Virus record (IMG/VR): IMGVR_UViG_3300027365_000012
Direction: 5' to 3' (one strand)
DNA from: an uncultured virus (IMG/VR IMGVR_UViG_3300027365_000012)
Lineage: Duplodnaviria > Heunggongvirae > Uroviricota > Caudoviricetes
Length of the DNA stretch: 64,000 nucleotides
Shown here: one piece after another, positions 9,417-18,408 of the stretch
Numbering within the stretch: the first letter of the stretch is position 1
Layout: every line of letters starts with the position of its first letter
The notes under the pieces: model-generated
Told to the model about the DNA's origin: nothing
What the model saw: only the letters and a program-made list of their open reading frames with translations
The model's database searches: none
Translations under genes and position numbers: made by a program

Positions 9417-9620
9417 ATGGAGCCCACGGTGAGCGAAGCGGTGAAGATGGTCCTCGAGATGCTTGAGCAAACGCCGAGAGTCTCCGAGGACCGGCACGTT
9501 GAGGCAAGCCTGACGTTCGAACTACCCAACGCCCTCGGGTGCGGCTCCCCAGCCTTGCTGGCCAGGAAGATTGCACACGACGTGCGCCGATTAGAGATCA
9601 TGATGGAGGAGCAGACCTGA
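9417..9620 (+). CDS. hypothetical phage protein
   Basis: TGATG coupling to the xis-like gene. Confidence 0.55.
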   Translation: MEPTVSEAVKMVLEMLEQTPRVSEDRHVEASLTFELPNALGCGSPALLARKIAHDVRRLEIMMEEQT

Positions 9621-9817
9621 TGAGCGAGGTCGCCAAGAAGTTCATTTCCACCTCGGAGCTGTGCCAACGCTACGATAAGAGTTCAAGGACGATCTCCCGC
9701 TGGCCGGTCACCCGCGGCTTCCCGAAGCCGGCAATCGCCAACAACGGGTCCGAGAACCTCTACCTGATGGAAGAGGTGGAAGCCTGGGAAGAGCGGGAAA
9801 TGCGGAAAGGGGCCTAA
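9620..9817 (+). CDS. excisionase / AlpA-like recombination directionality factor
   Basis: ELCQRYDKSSRTISRW...GFPKP...YLMEEVEAW winged-HTH pattern, near the integrase. Confidence 0.75.
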   Translation: MSEVAKKFISTSELCQRYDKSSRTISRWPVTRGFPKPAIANNGSENLYLMEEVEAWEEREMRKGA

Positions 9818-9879
9818 GCCCCTTTCTTCATTAATCCATGGTAAAAAGCAAACGCCGGCAGAAGCCAAGGAGAGACATC

Positions 9880-10077
9880 GTGAGCAGCGACCGCAACGGG
9901 ATCATCAATCAGATCATCGACTACACCAAAACTGACCGAGAGCACGCCGAGCAGATCTACGAGCATCTGCGAGCCGACAACCGCATCTACTTCGACGATA
10001 GCGTCGGCCTGGACCGCCAGGGCCTCGTCATCAGGGACGACGTAGACCTGCTGGCGGTAGCAGTTGAGGTCAAGTAG
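9880..10077 (+). CDS. hypothetical phage protein
   Basis: AAGGAG RBS before GTG 9880. Confidence 0.55.
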   Translation: MSSDRNGIINQIIDYTKTDREHAEQIYEHLRADNRIYFDDSVGLDRQGLVIRDDVDLLAVAVEVK

Positions 10078-10080
10078 CCC

Positions 10081-11310
10081 TCACTTCGCCCGGCAAGGAG
10101 GGGTCGCAACGATCGACATGATCCGGTCCCACCACTTTTTATAGGCGGCAGCCTGTTCCTCTATATAGAGGTGGCGGTCGTACACGCCTTGCATCCCCTG
10201 CAGGGCGTGCCCGAGCATCACTTCAGCCACATGCACATCGGTCAGCGTCGAGAAGTTGGTCCTAGCTGTCTTGCGCAGATCGTACAGCGACCAGTGCTCC
10301 ATCTCGACGCCGTAGAGGCGTTTGACGTTCCGCATCACCGAAGCCGGCATGCTCAGCGTAGCGTTCACCTCGAGCGGCTTGGCTGCCTTTTCCTGCGTGA
10401 ATAGCAGGTGAGGGCTGCGAGAGTGGCGCCTGGCTTCATCGATCAAAGGCCTGACTTCAGCGATGATCGGCCGGCAGATGCTGCGCCGTACGCGTTTTCT
10501 GACCTTATTCTTATCAGGTGGAACGGTCCAGATGCCCGCTTCAAGGTCGAGGTCCGTCACGGGATCGAGAGACCTGAGCTCAACGCCCCTGCAGCCGAAG
10601 ACCAGCAGCAGCTTGAGGAATATCTTGGTGCCAGGCGTCATGCGAGAAGCCTCCACGCCGTACCAGAACTGCCTGATTTCCTCTTCGCTGAGTGCCCTGC
10701 CAGCAGGCTCCTTCTGGATCATCAGATCCTCCGCGACGGACACGTCAATCAACGGCTTCGTCTTCATCAGGCCGCGCCGGTGCGCCCACTTGTGCAGCTG
10801 CTTGGCCGTTTGGAGGATCCTCTCGGCGATCGACGGCGTGTTGTCTGCGACGGTTTCGATAAGGGTCAGCCATTGGTGTGCGGTCGTCTGGTCAGCCGGC
10901 AGCTTGCCCAGCTTCGGGAAGACGTGGATCTCGAAGCTGCGAAGGTAGTCTTCGGCCTGCTGCTTGTTCTCGAGGCAGTAGTTCGTGTGCCACTCCCGAT
11001 ACAGCTGCTCGTTGGTCCAGACCTGGGCGAACTCGTCCCGTTCAGCTGTGCGTACATGCCGGGGGTCACGGCCCTTCTCCAGTTCTGTACGCAGTCGCTG
11101 GTGTTCTGTACGCGCCTCCCTCAGCGAGAGCAGAGGGTATGTACCCAAGTCGAGCCGCGCCGGCTTGCCACCAAACCGGTAACGCATCTGGAAGACGATC
11201 TTGCCGGTGGCTGAAACCCGCACACCAAGGCCCTCTCCGTCCGCCTTCTCCATGGCCGCCTCATGCGGCTTCTTGTGATGGGCCTTCAGCCAGGAATCTG
11301 ACAAAGCCAT
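10081..11310 (-). CDS. int: tyrosine integrase, P4/IntA type with N-terminal arm-binding domain
   Basis: MALSDSWLK...DGEGLGVRVS...LGTYPLLSLREAR; catalytic GCR, YDLRK, MLGH, GVY; AGGAGG RBS. Confidence 0.92.
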   Translation of the reverse strand: MALSDSWLKAHHKKPHEAAMEKADGEGLGVRVSATGKIVFQMRYRFGGKPARLDLGTYPLLSLREARTEHQRLRTELEKGRDPRHVRTAERDEFAQVWTNEQLYREWHTNYCLENKQQAEDYLRSFEIHVFPKLGKLPADQTTAHQWLTLIETVADNTPSIAERILQTAKQLHKWAHRRGLMKTKPLIDVSVAEDLMIQKEPAGRALSEEEIRQFWYGVEASRMTPGTKIFLKLLLVFGCRGVELRSLDPVTDLDLEAGIWTVPPDKNKVRKRVRRSICRPIIAEVRPLIDEARRHSRSPHLLFTQEKAAKPLEVNATLSMPASVMRNVKRLYGVEMEHWSLYDLRKTARTNFSTLTDVHVAEVMLGHALQGMQGVYDRHLYIEEQAAAYKKWWDRIMSIVATPPCRAK

Positions 11311-11640
11311 GTGAATTGCCTCCTTCTGGGGTGTGTACATGCCCCGAAGGTCAATCGTGCCACAGACGCGAACCATGTACACAGCTGTGTACATGAAATC
11401 TGTGGCTAGGGTTGTTCTGGGTTGTCCGCGCATGACCTGGCCAATATCGCTGAAAGCCAGTATTCATCTATGTTTGAGGAGAGTTATTGACTGAGGTTGT
11501 CGCGGGGTGTCGGAGGGGTCAGTTATCGATGTGCGCGATGATGGAGAAATTCCGTATGTGCCCGAGATTGCTGGACTTTTTGATGTCAGACATCCACTCA
11601 AACCTGAACTATGTACGCTGCTATGTACGCATTTTCAAAA
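11311..11640. other. attP region: lepA-homologous core flanked by arm-type repeats
   Basis: Minus strand 11519-11593 encodes MSDIKKSSNLGHIRNFSIIAHIDN*; RTGTACRY repeats at 11333, 11375/11387 and 11611/11623. Confidence 0.8.
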
Positions 11641-11801
11641 GTGCCCCGTTTGGAGCGATCCGCCGGGCAGCTCTCTAATATACAGGAACCAGGGGAAACC
11701 TACTCAACGGAAAACGAATAGGGTGGTAGACCTGTATTTACATATTTACGGACCTGTATTACTGTATTGCCCAGCCAACACAGAACTTCCAAGGAAAAAG
11801 A

Positions 11802-12065
11802 ATGTCGTCTGCCGAACTACTCAACAGCCTGTCCCATCCTACCCGCCTGGACATCGTCCAACTGCTGCACGCCGAGCAAGGCCTCTGCGTGAACGATGTG
11901 GCGAACCGACTCCAGATCTCGCAGGCAAATGCTTCCCGCCACCTCTGCATCCTGAACCAGGGCGGGGCGGTGGTTTTCGAGCGACAGCTGAACAAGAAGA
12001 TCTACAAGGCCAAGCCGCTGGTGATTGAACTGATCAACACGGCAGAGGAAGTGGTGAAGCACTGA
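11802..12065 (+). CDS. ArsR/SmtB-family HTH transcriptional regulator
   Basis: LSHPTRLDIVQLL...LCVNDVANRLQISQANASRHLCILNQGGAV...IY. Confidence 0.85.
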   Translation: MSSAELLNSLSHPTRLDIVQLLHAEQGLCVNDVANRLQISQANASRHLCILNQGGAVVFERQLNKKIYKAKPLVIELINTAEEVVKH

Positions 12066-12110
12066 CCCAGCTTGACGCAGCCTGTCGCTTACTTGCAGGC
12101 TTGTGCGCCA

Positions 12111-12140
12111 GAAAAAGAAACGCCGGCGCTAGGCCGGCGT
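12111..12140 (-). terminator. intrinsic terminator-like hairpin (leftward), nested in a larger structure
   Basis: ACGCCGGC-gctag-GCCGGCGT preceded by GAAAAAGAA, which is a U-tract on the minus strand. Confidence 0.5.
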
Positions 12141-12199
12141 AAGAAGGAATTCACGCCTTCGATTCTAGTGGCGCGCAATGAAGCCTGCAAGGAGTCGTC

Positions 12200-12817
12200 A
12201 TGCTGCTGTACCTCACCGCCCTCTCCCTCCCCAAGCCAGGGACGTTCATCGCGCTCCACCGGCACAAGTCTGAGGTGCGGATGCGCTGGACAGAGGCGGA
12301 CAGGGTCAACTATCTGGACTTCCTTGCGCGGGTGGAGCAGCTCTACCGGAAAGGTCCAGCCGGCTTGAATCTCCCGCGCCCCCTTCTCGATGCTGTATAC
12401 GACAGCGAGCTCACCGCATCCATGGCCACCAATCGGATTCTGCCCTACTACCTCGCCTGCTCAAAGAGCAGCCTCGATCGGTCGTTTCTCATCTCGCCGG
12501 AAAAGCATGACATCGAGATGATAAGGCTGGCCGGCACCGAGGACGAGCCAAACGGCCTGCGGTTCGTCGTGATTGGGAGAAACTGTGACCAGCTGAAACT
12601 GAAGCCTCAGATCATCGCCGCGGCAGGCAGTGCCCCGGGCGACACCCTGGAGAGCAGGTCGAATCACGCACTGGTCAAGGCGGTGTCGGAGGCCCCGGAT
12701 GAGCCGGCCTGCGAGGGCTGCGCGAAAATAGTAGCCGTCCCCGCAGAGGCGAATGTCACTTTGGCTAGGGATAAACGAGGTGAGTTCGTACGAGAAGTGG
12801 CTAGAATATGGGCATGA
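12200..12817 (+). CDS. hypothetical protein
   Basis: AAGGAG RBS, 205-aa ORF. Confidence 0.65.
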   Translation: MLLYLTALSLPKPGTFIALHRHKSEVRMRWTEADRVNYLDFLARVEQLYRKGPAGLNLPRPLLDAVYDSELTASMATNRILPYYLACSKSSLDRSFLISPEKHDIEMIRLAGTEDEPNGLRFVVIGRNCDQLKLKPQIIAAAGSAPGDTLESRSNHALVKAVSEAPDEPACEGCAKIVAVPAEANVTLARDKRGEFVREVARIWA

Positions 12818-12861
12818 TGCCAAAATCGGTGTATTGAAGCCTTTATATACGCGAATCTGTA

Positions 12862-12890
12862 TTGACAGGTATACGGTGGCCAAATAGGAT
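12862..12890 (+). promoter_or_regulatory. sigma70 promoter overlapped by an operator array
   Basis: TTGACA-N17-TAGGAT. Confidence 0.7.
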
Positions 12891-12926
12891 TCAAATACAC
12901 CTAAATTGACATAAAGGATTTTGTAC

Positions 12927-13133
12927 ATGCCTAAAGCCCACCCACTGGGAACCTCCCTGCAGGCTTCCTACCTCCTGGCCCGCCAGGAGAAAAAATTCAC
13001 GATGGACATGCCAGAAGAGCTGCATGCCAAGCTAAAGCAGATCGCAGCGTTCAGCCGCAAGTCCGCCAAAGACCTGATGCTCGAAGGCCTGACCGACTAC
13101 ATCATCCCGAAGTACACCAAAATGCCAGAATGA
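12927..13133 (+). CDS. ParG/CopG-like ribbon-helix-helix DNA-binding protein
   Basis: KKFTMDMPEELHAKLKQIAAFSRKSAKDLMLEGL follows the RHH strand-helix-turn-helix pattern. Confidence 0.75.
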   Translation: MPKAHPLGTSLQASYLLARQEKKFTMDMPEELHAKLKQIAAFSRKSAKDLMLEGLTDYIIPKYTKMPE

Positions 13134-13142
13134 GGAGATTCC

Positions 13143-13451
13143 ATGAATAAAATCCTGGCGAGGCTGCGCCGGCTCTCTGTCGAACACGCTAGCACCGGCA
13201 CTGCGGAAAGCAGGGACTACGCTATCGGAATGTTCATCCAGGAGCTGACCGGAGTCGTCTGCGAGGAAGTAGTAGACGCAACCTCAGATGGGGTGCTTTA
13301 CACCCTCTACTCCGACTGGGTCGGTGCGGTCATTCGCGGAGAGGGGCCATCTGACCGGCGCTGCCGGCTGGTGAGTGCCATCACCGTATTCCCGAAAACA
13401 CAGCTCACCAGAGCAGCAGAGCAGAGCAACGTCGTCCAACTATATGGCTGA
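13143..13451 (+). CDS. hypothetical protein
   Basis: GAGGAG RBS. Confidence 0.6.
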   Translation: MNKILARLRRLSVEHASTGTAESRDYAIGMFIQELTGVVCEEVVDATSDGVLYTLYSDWVGAVIRGEGPSDRRCRLVSAITVFPKTQLTRAAEQSNVVQLYG

Positions 13452-13782
13452 CATCGACGAGAAGGTCGTCCAATACACCCTGCAGTTCAGCCGCCAATGC
13501 AAGCTGGACGTGGATGAGCACGCCCTGCGTGACAACATCTACAGGCATCTCCAGGTCGCCCGATCGGTAGTCACCGAAGCTACCCTGGAGCGTATCGGTC
13601 ATGTCCACCTATCCGTCATGATCAACACCGCCGCCCGGTACAACCTGTCCCTCGCCGAGGTGATGATGGAAGCCGTGCGTGCCGGCTCACAGCCCGTCGC
13701 CCCGCTGTGCGTGGCGGTAGAGGCCCGCAAGACCAGCGTCAAGCGCATACCCAAGCGCCCCTCCCTCCGCGTCGTAAAATGA
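13444..13782 (+). CDS. hypothetical protein
   Basis: Overlaps the previous stop, high GC3. Confidence 0.6.
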   Translation: MADIDEKVVQYTLQFSRQCKLDVDEHALRDNIYRHLQVARSVVTEATLERIGHVHLSVMINTAARYNLSLAEVMMEAVRAGSQPVAPLCVAVEARKTSVKRIPKRPSLRVVK

Positions 13783-13786
13783 GCCG

Positions 13787-13816
13787 TTGACGGTCGAAGA
13801 CCGCTGCCGGTAGCAT
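13787..13816 (+). promoter_or_regulatory. candidate sigma70 promoter for the replication operon
   Basis: TTGACG-N18-TAGCAT. Confidence 0.45.
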
Positions 13817-13904
13817 CGCCTCTTGCGCCAAACCTTATAAGAAGAAAACGTACTGCACAATAACCTGTATTTACAGGTACACAGCATTACATAAGGATAT
13901 TCAC

Positions 13905-15212
13905 ATGATCTTCAATTCAGACCAGAAAGCCGCCATCTCGAGGGCGGTCTCCGGGTTTCTTGAGCAAGACCTGGCCGGCCTCACCATCGTCGGCGAAGGC
14001 GGAACAGGAAAGACAACCTGCGTTATGGCCATTGCCGACCAGCTGCTCCAAGCCGGCCTGAAGGTGCTATTCACCGCGCCTACCAACAAGGCGGTAAAGC
14101 AACTTGAGAAGTCAGCAAAGCGGTACGGCCTCAACCTGAACAATGTCGCGTTCCAGACGCTGCACAGTGCGCTCGGGCTTGCCCTGCTCCCGTCAGAGGA
14201 GAACAAGTACGCCCACCGGCTGGGCCGCGGCGTGTTCCCGATCTTCGACGTCGTGGTGGTTGATGAGGCGTCGATGCTGAGCAAGCGAGTGCTGTACGAC
14301 TACCTGCTGCCGGACGCTGACGAGCACAGCTGCAAACTGCTGCTGATGGGCGACGACATGCAGCTGCCGCCGGTGAAGGAGAAGGAGTCGATGGCCTTCA
14401 AGGTGTTCGACACTGTTCGCCTGACCCAGGTTGAACGCCAGGCAGCTGACAGCAACATCCTCACCTTGAGCGGCCTTCTGCGCACGGCGATGAGCAGCAA
14501 CAAGCCGTTCGTCTCACCCCAGATCCAAGGCAACGGGGTTGAGGTGGTCAAGTCTGCCGACTTCATGAAGGTCGTTGTCTCGGCCTTCACAGAGGACACC
14601 AACCTCGATGAGCAGCGGGTCCTCGCCTGGTCGAACGCCAGGGTAGACGAGATCAACTCGGCCATTCGCCAGAAGCTCTACGGCCGCGCCGCACCGCGCT
14701 TCGTGGAAGGGGAGCGTGTCGTCACCGGCGCGCCGATCGGGGACGGCGAGGTGATCCAGCTCAGCACGGATGAAGAGTGCATCACCCACAGCGTGAGGGA
14801 GTCGACGCTGGATGATGACGAGACCGGCCAGTCCTATCGCACCTGGATGCTGGTGTTGAACCCGCTCCATGCCGAAGTCAAGCAGGTCTTTGCCCACGTC
14901 CTGCACGAGAGCGAGACCGACCGCTACTGGGACCGCCTCAACCACCTGGCCACCATGGCGAAGAAGCACCCGCAGGAAGCCAGGATGTTCTGGGCCAAGT
15001 ACCACAACTTCAAAGAGATGTTCGCCACCATCCGCTACTGCTACTGCATCACGGTCCACCGATCGCAGGGCAGCACCTACCGGAAGGTGTTCGTCGACCT
15101 GAACAACATCCTCAAGAACAACATCCGCGCCGAGCGGCAGCGACTCGCCTATGTGGCGTTCAGCCGGCCGAGCGAGGAGCTCCTTATCAACAAAGGCAAG
15201 TACGTCGCTTGA
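13905..15212 (+). CDS. Dda/RecD-like SF1B helicase
   Basis: GEGGTGKT, APTNKA, VVDEASM, GDDMQLPPV, TVHRSQGSTY, YVAFSR. Confidence 0.9.
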   Translation: MIFNSDQKAAISRAVSGFLEQDLAGLTIVGEGGTGKTTCVMAIADQLLQAGLKVLFTAPTNKAVKQLEKSAKRYGLNLNNVAFQTLHSALGLALLPSEENKYAHRLGRGVFPIFDVVVVDEASMLSKRVLYDYLLPDADEHSCKLLLMGDDMQLPPVKEKESMAFKVFDTVRLTQVERQAADSNILTLSGLLRTAMSSNKPFVSPQIQGNGVEVVKSADFMKVVVSAFTEDTNLDEQRVLAWSNARVDEINSAIRQKLYGRAAPRFVEGERVVTGAPIGDGEVIQLSTDEECITHSVRESTLDDDETGQSYRTWMLVLNPLHAEVKQVFAHVLHESETDRYWDRLNHLATMAKKHPQEARMFWAKYHNFKEMFATIRYCYCITVHRSQGSTYRKVFVDLNNILKNNIRAERQRLAYVAFSRPSEELLINKGKYVA

Positions 15213-15245
15213 CCGCAGGACCAAGAAAATTACGGGAGAGGCCCC

Positions 15246-15491
15246 ATGCAGATTCAACAAGTAGCCGAAACAGACGCGCCCGCCCCGGTAAAGAGGATCG
15301 ACTACGCGGCCCTCGCTGAGCATTACAACGCCCTGGAAGTGGGAAAAACGCTGAAGCTCGACCAGGTCTACAACATCACCCTTTTCCGCCAAGCACTCGT
15401 GCGCCGCGGCCTCGGAGACGAAGATGTCGAGGTCTACCAACGCAAGGGCAACTGCTTCATCACCAGAAAGACCGAAACCCTGATGGCGTGA
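15246..15491 (+). CDS. hypothetical protein
   Basis: GGAGAGG RBS. Confidence 0.6.
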   Translation: MQIQQVAETDAPAPVKRIDYAALAEHYNALEVGKTLKLDQVYNITLFRQALVRRGLGDEDVEVYQRKGNCFITRKTETLMA

Positions 15492-15498
15492 GGGTGCC

Positions 15499-18363
15499 AT
15501 GTACCATTTCCTGCAGTTCAAACCGAACGCGAAGGAACCGTGGCGCCTCTACGATGAGCGGCAGCTCTCAGGACTGGAGCAGCCGCCGGCCTTCATGACA
15601 GTCCTGTCCGTCGACCAGGACCCGGAGAACTTCGCCGAGAACGGCGAGGATCCGCTCGAGCACGTCAAGTACATGGGCCCCATGTACTTCGACTTCGACG
15701 GACCTGACCTTGATGCAGTGCTTGAGTCGGTGCGGAGCGTGCTGACCCAGCTGACCAAGAAGCTGGACATCGACAAATCGTTCATCCACTGCTGGCTATC
15801 CGGCAAGAAGGGTGTGCACGTAACGGTGCCGGCGAAGGTCTTCGGCCTGAAGGCGCCGATGAAGGCGCTTCCGCTGGTCTACCGGGAGATCGCCGAGACC
15901 TTGAAGGTAGAGCACCTGGACATGGTGGTCTACTCCGGCGGCCGGGGCCGCATGTGGCGCTGCGAGAATATCCAGAGGCCTACCGGCACCTTCAAGGTCG
16001 GAGTGACCTTCGACGAGTTGATGGGCATGGACAGCGAGCAGTACGCCACGCTGGTCGCCCAGCCGCGGCCGTCGATGGCGCTTAACGAGCCAGCTGACTC
16101 GGTGATCTTTCCGAAAGCAGAGGCGCTTTTCAAAGCGGCGAAGCTCAGGGCCCAGAAGCGTGTGCGGGCGATGAAGTCAGCCACAGTGGTGCCAAAGGAG
16201 AAGCTCCGCGCCCTGACGGCCGTCCCAGGCTGCATCGAAAAGCTGATCACCGAGGGTGACGCCCCTGAGTCGAACTGGAACCAGGCGGCCATGCAGGTTG
16301 CGGCCTACGTGGCTGCCAGGTACGAGAGAGACGAGGCTGACGAGTACAACGAGGACATCGTTGAACCCTTCGTGAAGAACGTCGACAGCAGCTCGAGGCC
16401 TTCGGTAAAGGAGCGCCGAAAGCACGTCGAGCACATGCTCAACCGCGCCTTCACAGGCCGGCTGAAATTCCTGCAGGGCCCTTTGATTGCCGCGATCGGC
16501 AAGCCGTGCGGACACTGTGTGATCTGCCGTGGCGACATGTCCGCTGAGCAGGCTGAGCAAGGCAAGGACGACGAAGACGACTTCGACCCTCGCACGGGGA
16601 TTCGGGCGACGGCCATCGGTTATTTCCTCGAAAACGAGGGTGCCGGCCGCAAGCTGACCACCTTCACGTTCTGGCCGCACACCGAGGTCTACGACCTGGA
16701 GGACGTCTCGTCCGAGCAGGTGCAGTTCAAGGAGTCACCTCGCCGGGCCTACATCGGCACGCTGATCGACGACCTTGGTCAGCCGAGCGAAGACTTGGAG
16801 ATGCCGGAAGACGCATGGTCGTCGAAGCGCTCGCTGATCCACGCGGTGAAGGGGCGCAACAACGCAACGGTTCAAGCATCTGACGCGGACATCCAGAACC
16901 TGCTCCGGGCAATCCAGGAGCTTGGGCGCCGCAAAGCAGACCAGCAAGGCAAGGAAATCGAGAAGATGGTTCGCACCCACCTCTGTGGGGTGCTGTTGGA
17001 TCGCCGGCGTGACAAGACAGCTGCCCACTATGTCGAGGACGCAGGATCATGCACCTCGTCCGGGAGGGTCAGCCGGTATTTCTACAGTGGTGACCCCAAA
17101 CAGTCCCCCAAGCTGTTGTCCGAGGACTACCCCTATGAGGACGACACCGAGCTGGAAGAGGCCATCTACCACCTCACCAAGGTGAACGAGCCTCACAGCG
17201 TCGGGGCCATCATCGGCTGGCACGTCGCCTGCCACTTCCGCGAGCACATCCAGTTCAACGAGGTGCAGTTTCCTTTGCTGAACATCAGCGGGAACGCCAG
17301 CGCCGGGAAGACCTCGCTGGCGATCCTGGCGAGCTTCCTGAACGGCATGGACTACGGCAAGGCCGACTTCATGAACGTCGAGGTCTCGACGATCTACCCG
17401 CTGGTCCGCTACGTGTCGAGCAGCAGCACCGTCCCGCGCCTGGTTGAGGAAGTCAACCCGGCCAACATCGGTGCGAGCACCTACGGAAAGATCCTCGGCA
17501 TCCTGAAGGCGGCCTGGAACAGGGCGCCTGTGCCGCGAGGAAAGCTGAACGACAAAGGTGTAGCGGTATCCGCCGACCGAGTCAGTTCTCCGATCGTCTA
17601 CACCAGCGAGCAGACCGCTACGGTACCGTCCCTGCGCAGTCGTACGGTCGAGGTCAAGCTCACCTCGAAGGCGCTGATCAAAGAGGAGTACCGCACCCAC
17701 TACGCCGAGGCGGCCAAACGGCGCCACGCGCTGTTCCGGATGGCCAAAGCGCTGGTCACCCAGGCTGTAAATATGGCCCCCGAGCAGGTGCTGGAGATCT
17801 TCGAGAGCACCTCCCACCTGGTTCCAGACAGCATCGGCCCGCGACCGAAGTGGGGATACCAGACAGCCCTCACAGGGCTGGCCCTACTGGCCAAGACGAT
17901 GGACGACTACCAGGTGCGCGGCCGGGAACACGTCGACGCCCTGTTCGACGCACTGGCCGGGTTCCTCAGCAACAACGCGGGAGAGATGGAGAAGGAGAAG
18001 TCGATCTCCGAGGTTGACCGTGTGCTGGGAACGCTGAACCAGATGGCGGAAGACCCGGAGGACCGCCAAACCGGCCTGCGCCCTGGCGACCACTATTGGC
18101 GCCAGGGCGACTCCTTGTTCCTGGTGATCTCGTCGTGCCTGCCGCGCTACTGCCGTTATGCCAAGACGCTGGGCGACATCCCGGTGATCCGGGAAACCAG
18201 GCAGATGACCAGCCTGCTCGAGGGCGAAGTGTATTTCGACCGGAAAGAGCAACACCCCCACAAAGAGGGCGTCGACGTCCACGTCATCAGCCTTTCGGCC
18301 GTGCGAGGCAAAGGCACCCCTCTAACCAACTTCCAAGATGAGACCGAGCCAGAGGAAGTCTGA
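15499..18363 (+). CDS. AEP primase fused to a P-loop helicase-like domain
   Basis: YFDFD and SGKKGVH AEP motifs; Cys cluster CGHCVIC; Walker A GNASAGKT. Confidence 0.8.
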   Translation: MYHFLQFKPNAKEPWRLYDERQLSGLEQPPAFMTVLSVDQDPENFAENGEDPLEHVKYMGPMYFDFDGPDLDAVLESVRSVLTQLTKKLDIDKSFIHCWLSGKKGVHVTVPAKVFGLKAPMKALPLVYREIAETLKVEHLDMVVYSGGRGRMWRCENIQRPTGTFKVGVTFDELMGMDSEQYATLVAQPRPSMALNEPADSVIFPKAEALFKAAKLRAQKRVRAMKSATVVPKEKLRALTAVPGCIEKLITEGDAPESNWNQAAMQVAAYVAARYERDEADEYNEDIVEPFVKNVDSSSRPSVKERRKHVEHMLNRAFTGRLKFLQGPLIAAIGKPCGHCVICRGDMSAEQAEQGKDDEDDFDPRTGIRATAIGYFLENEGAGRKLTTFTFWPHTEVYDLEDVSSEQVQFKESPRRAYIGTLIDDLGQPSEDLEMPEDAWSSKRSLIHAVKGRNNATVQASDADIQNLLRAIQELGRRKADQQGKEIEKMVRTHLCGVLLDRRRDKTAAHYVEDAGSCTSSGRVSRYFYSGDPKQSPKLLSEDYPYEDDTELEEAIYHLTKVNEPHSVGAIIGWHVACHFREHIQFNEVQFPLLNISGNASAGKTSLAILASFLNGMDYGKADFMNVEVSTIYPLVRYVSSSSTVPRLVEEVNPANIGASTYGKILGILKAAWNRAPVPRGKLNDKGVAVSADRVSSPIVYTSEQTATVPSLRSRTVEVKLTSKALIKEEYRTHYAEAAKRRHALFRMAKALVTQAVNMAPEQVLEIFESTSHLVPDSIGPRPKWGYQTALTGLALLAKTMDDYQVRGREHVDALFDALAGFLSNNAGEMEKEKSISEVDRVLGTLNQMAEDPEDRQTGLRPGDHYWRQGDSLFLVISSCLPRYCRYAKTLGDIPVIRETRQMTSLLEGEVYFDRKEQHPHKEGVDVHVISLSAVRGKGTPLTNFQDETEPEEV

Positions 18364-18408
18364 GCCGTCAAGAAGTAGCCGGGCGAGCGCCCGGCAGGAG
18401 TAAGAAAA

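Noticed and set aside
11487..12028. ORFs 11487-11678 and 11507-12028, and the extended integrase start at 11433
   Set aside because: They overlap attP and the ArsR gene. The integrase has an RBS and a family-typical start at 11310.
12092..12191. tRNA gene
   Set aside because: Multi-stem, but lacks the T-loop GTTCRA, D-loop consensus and acceptor/CCA geometry. No tRNA was recognised anywhere in the window.
13865..13892. LexA/SOS boxes (CTGT...ACAG half-sites)
   Set aside because: SOS boxes need CTGT-N8-ACAG. In the arrays inspected the spacing is N4, N12 or longer in 8-bp steps, never N8.
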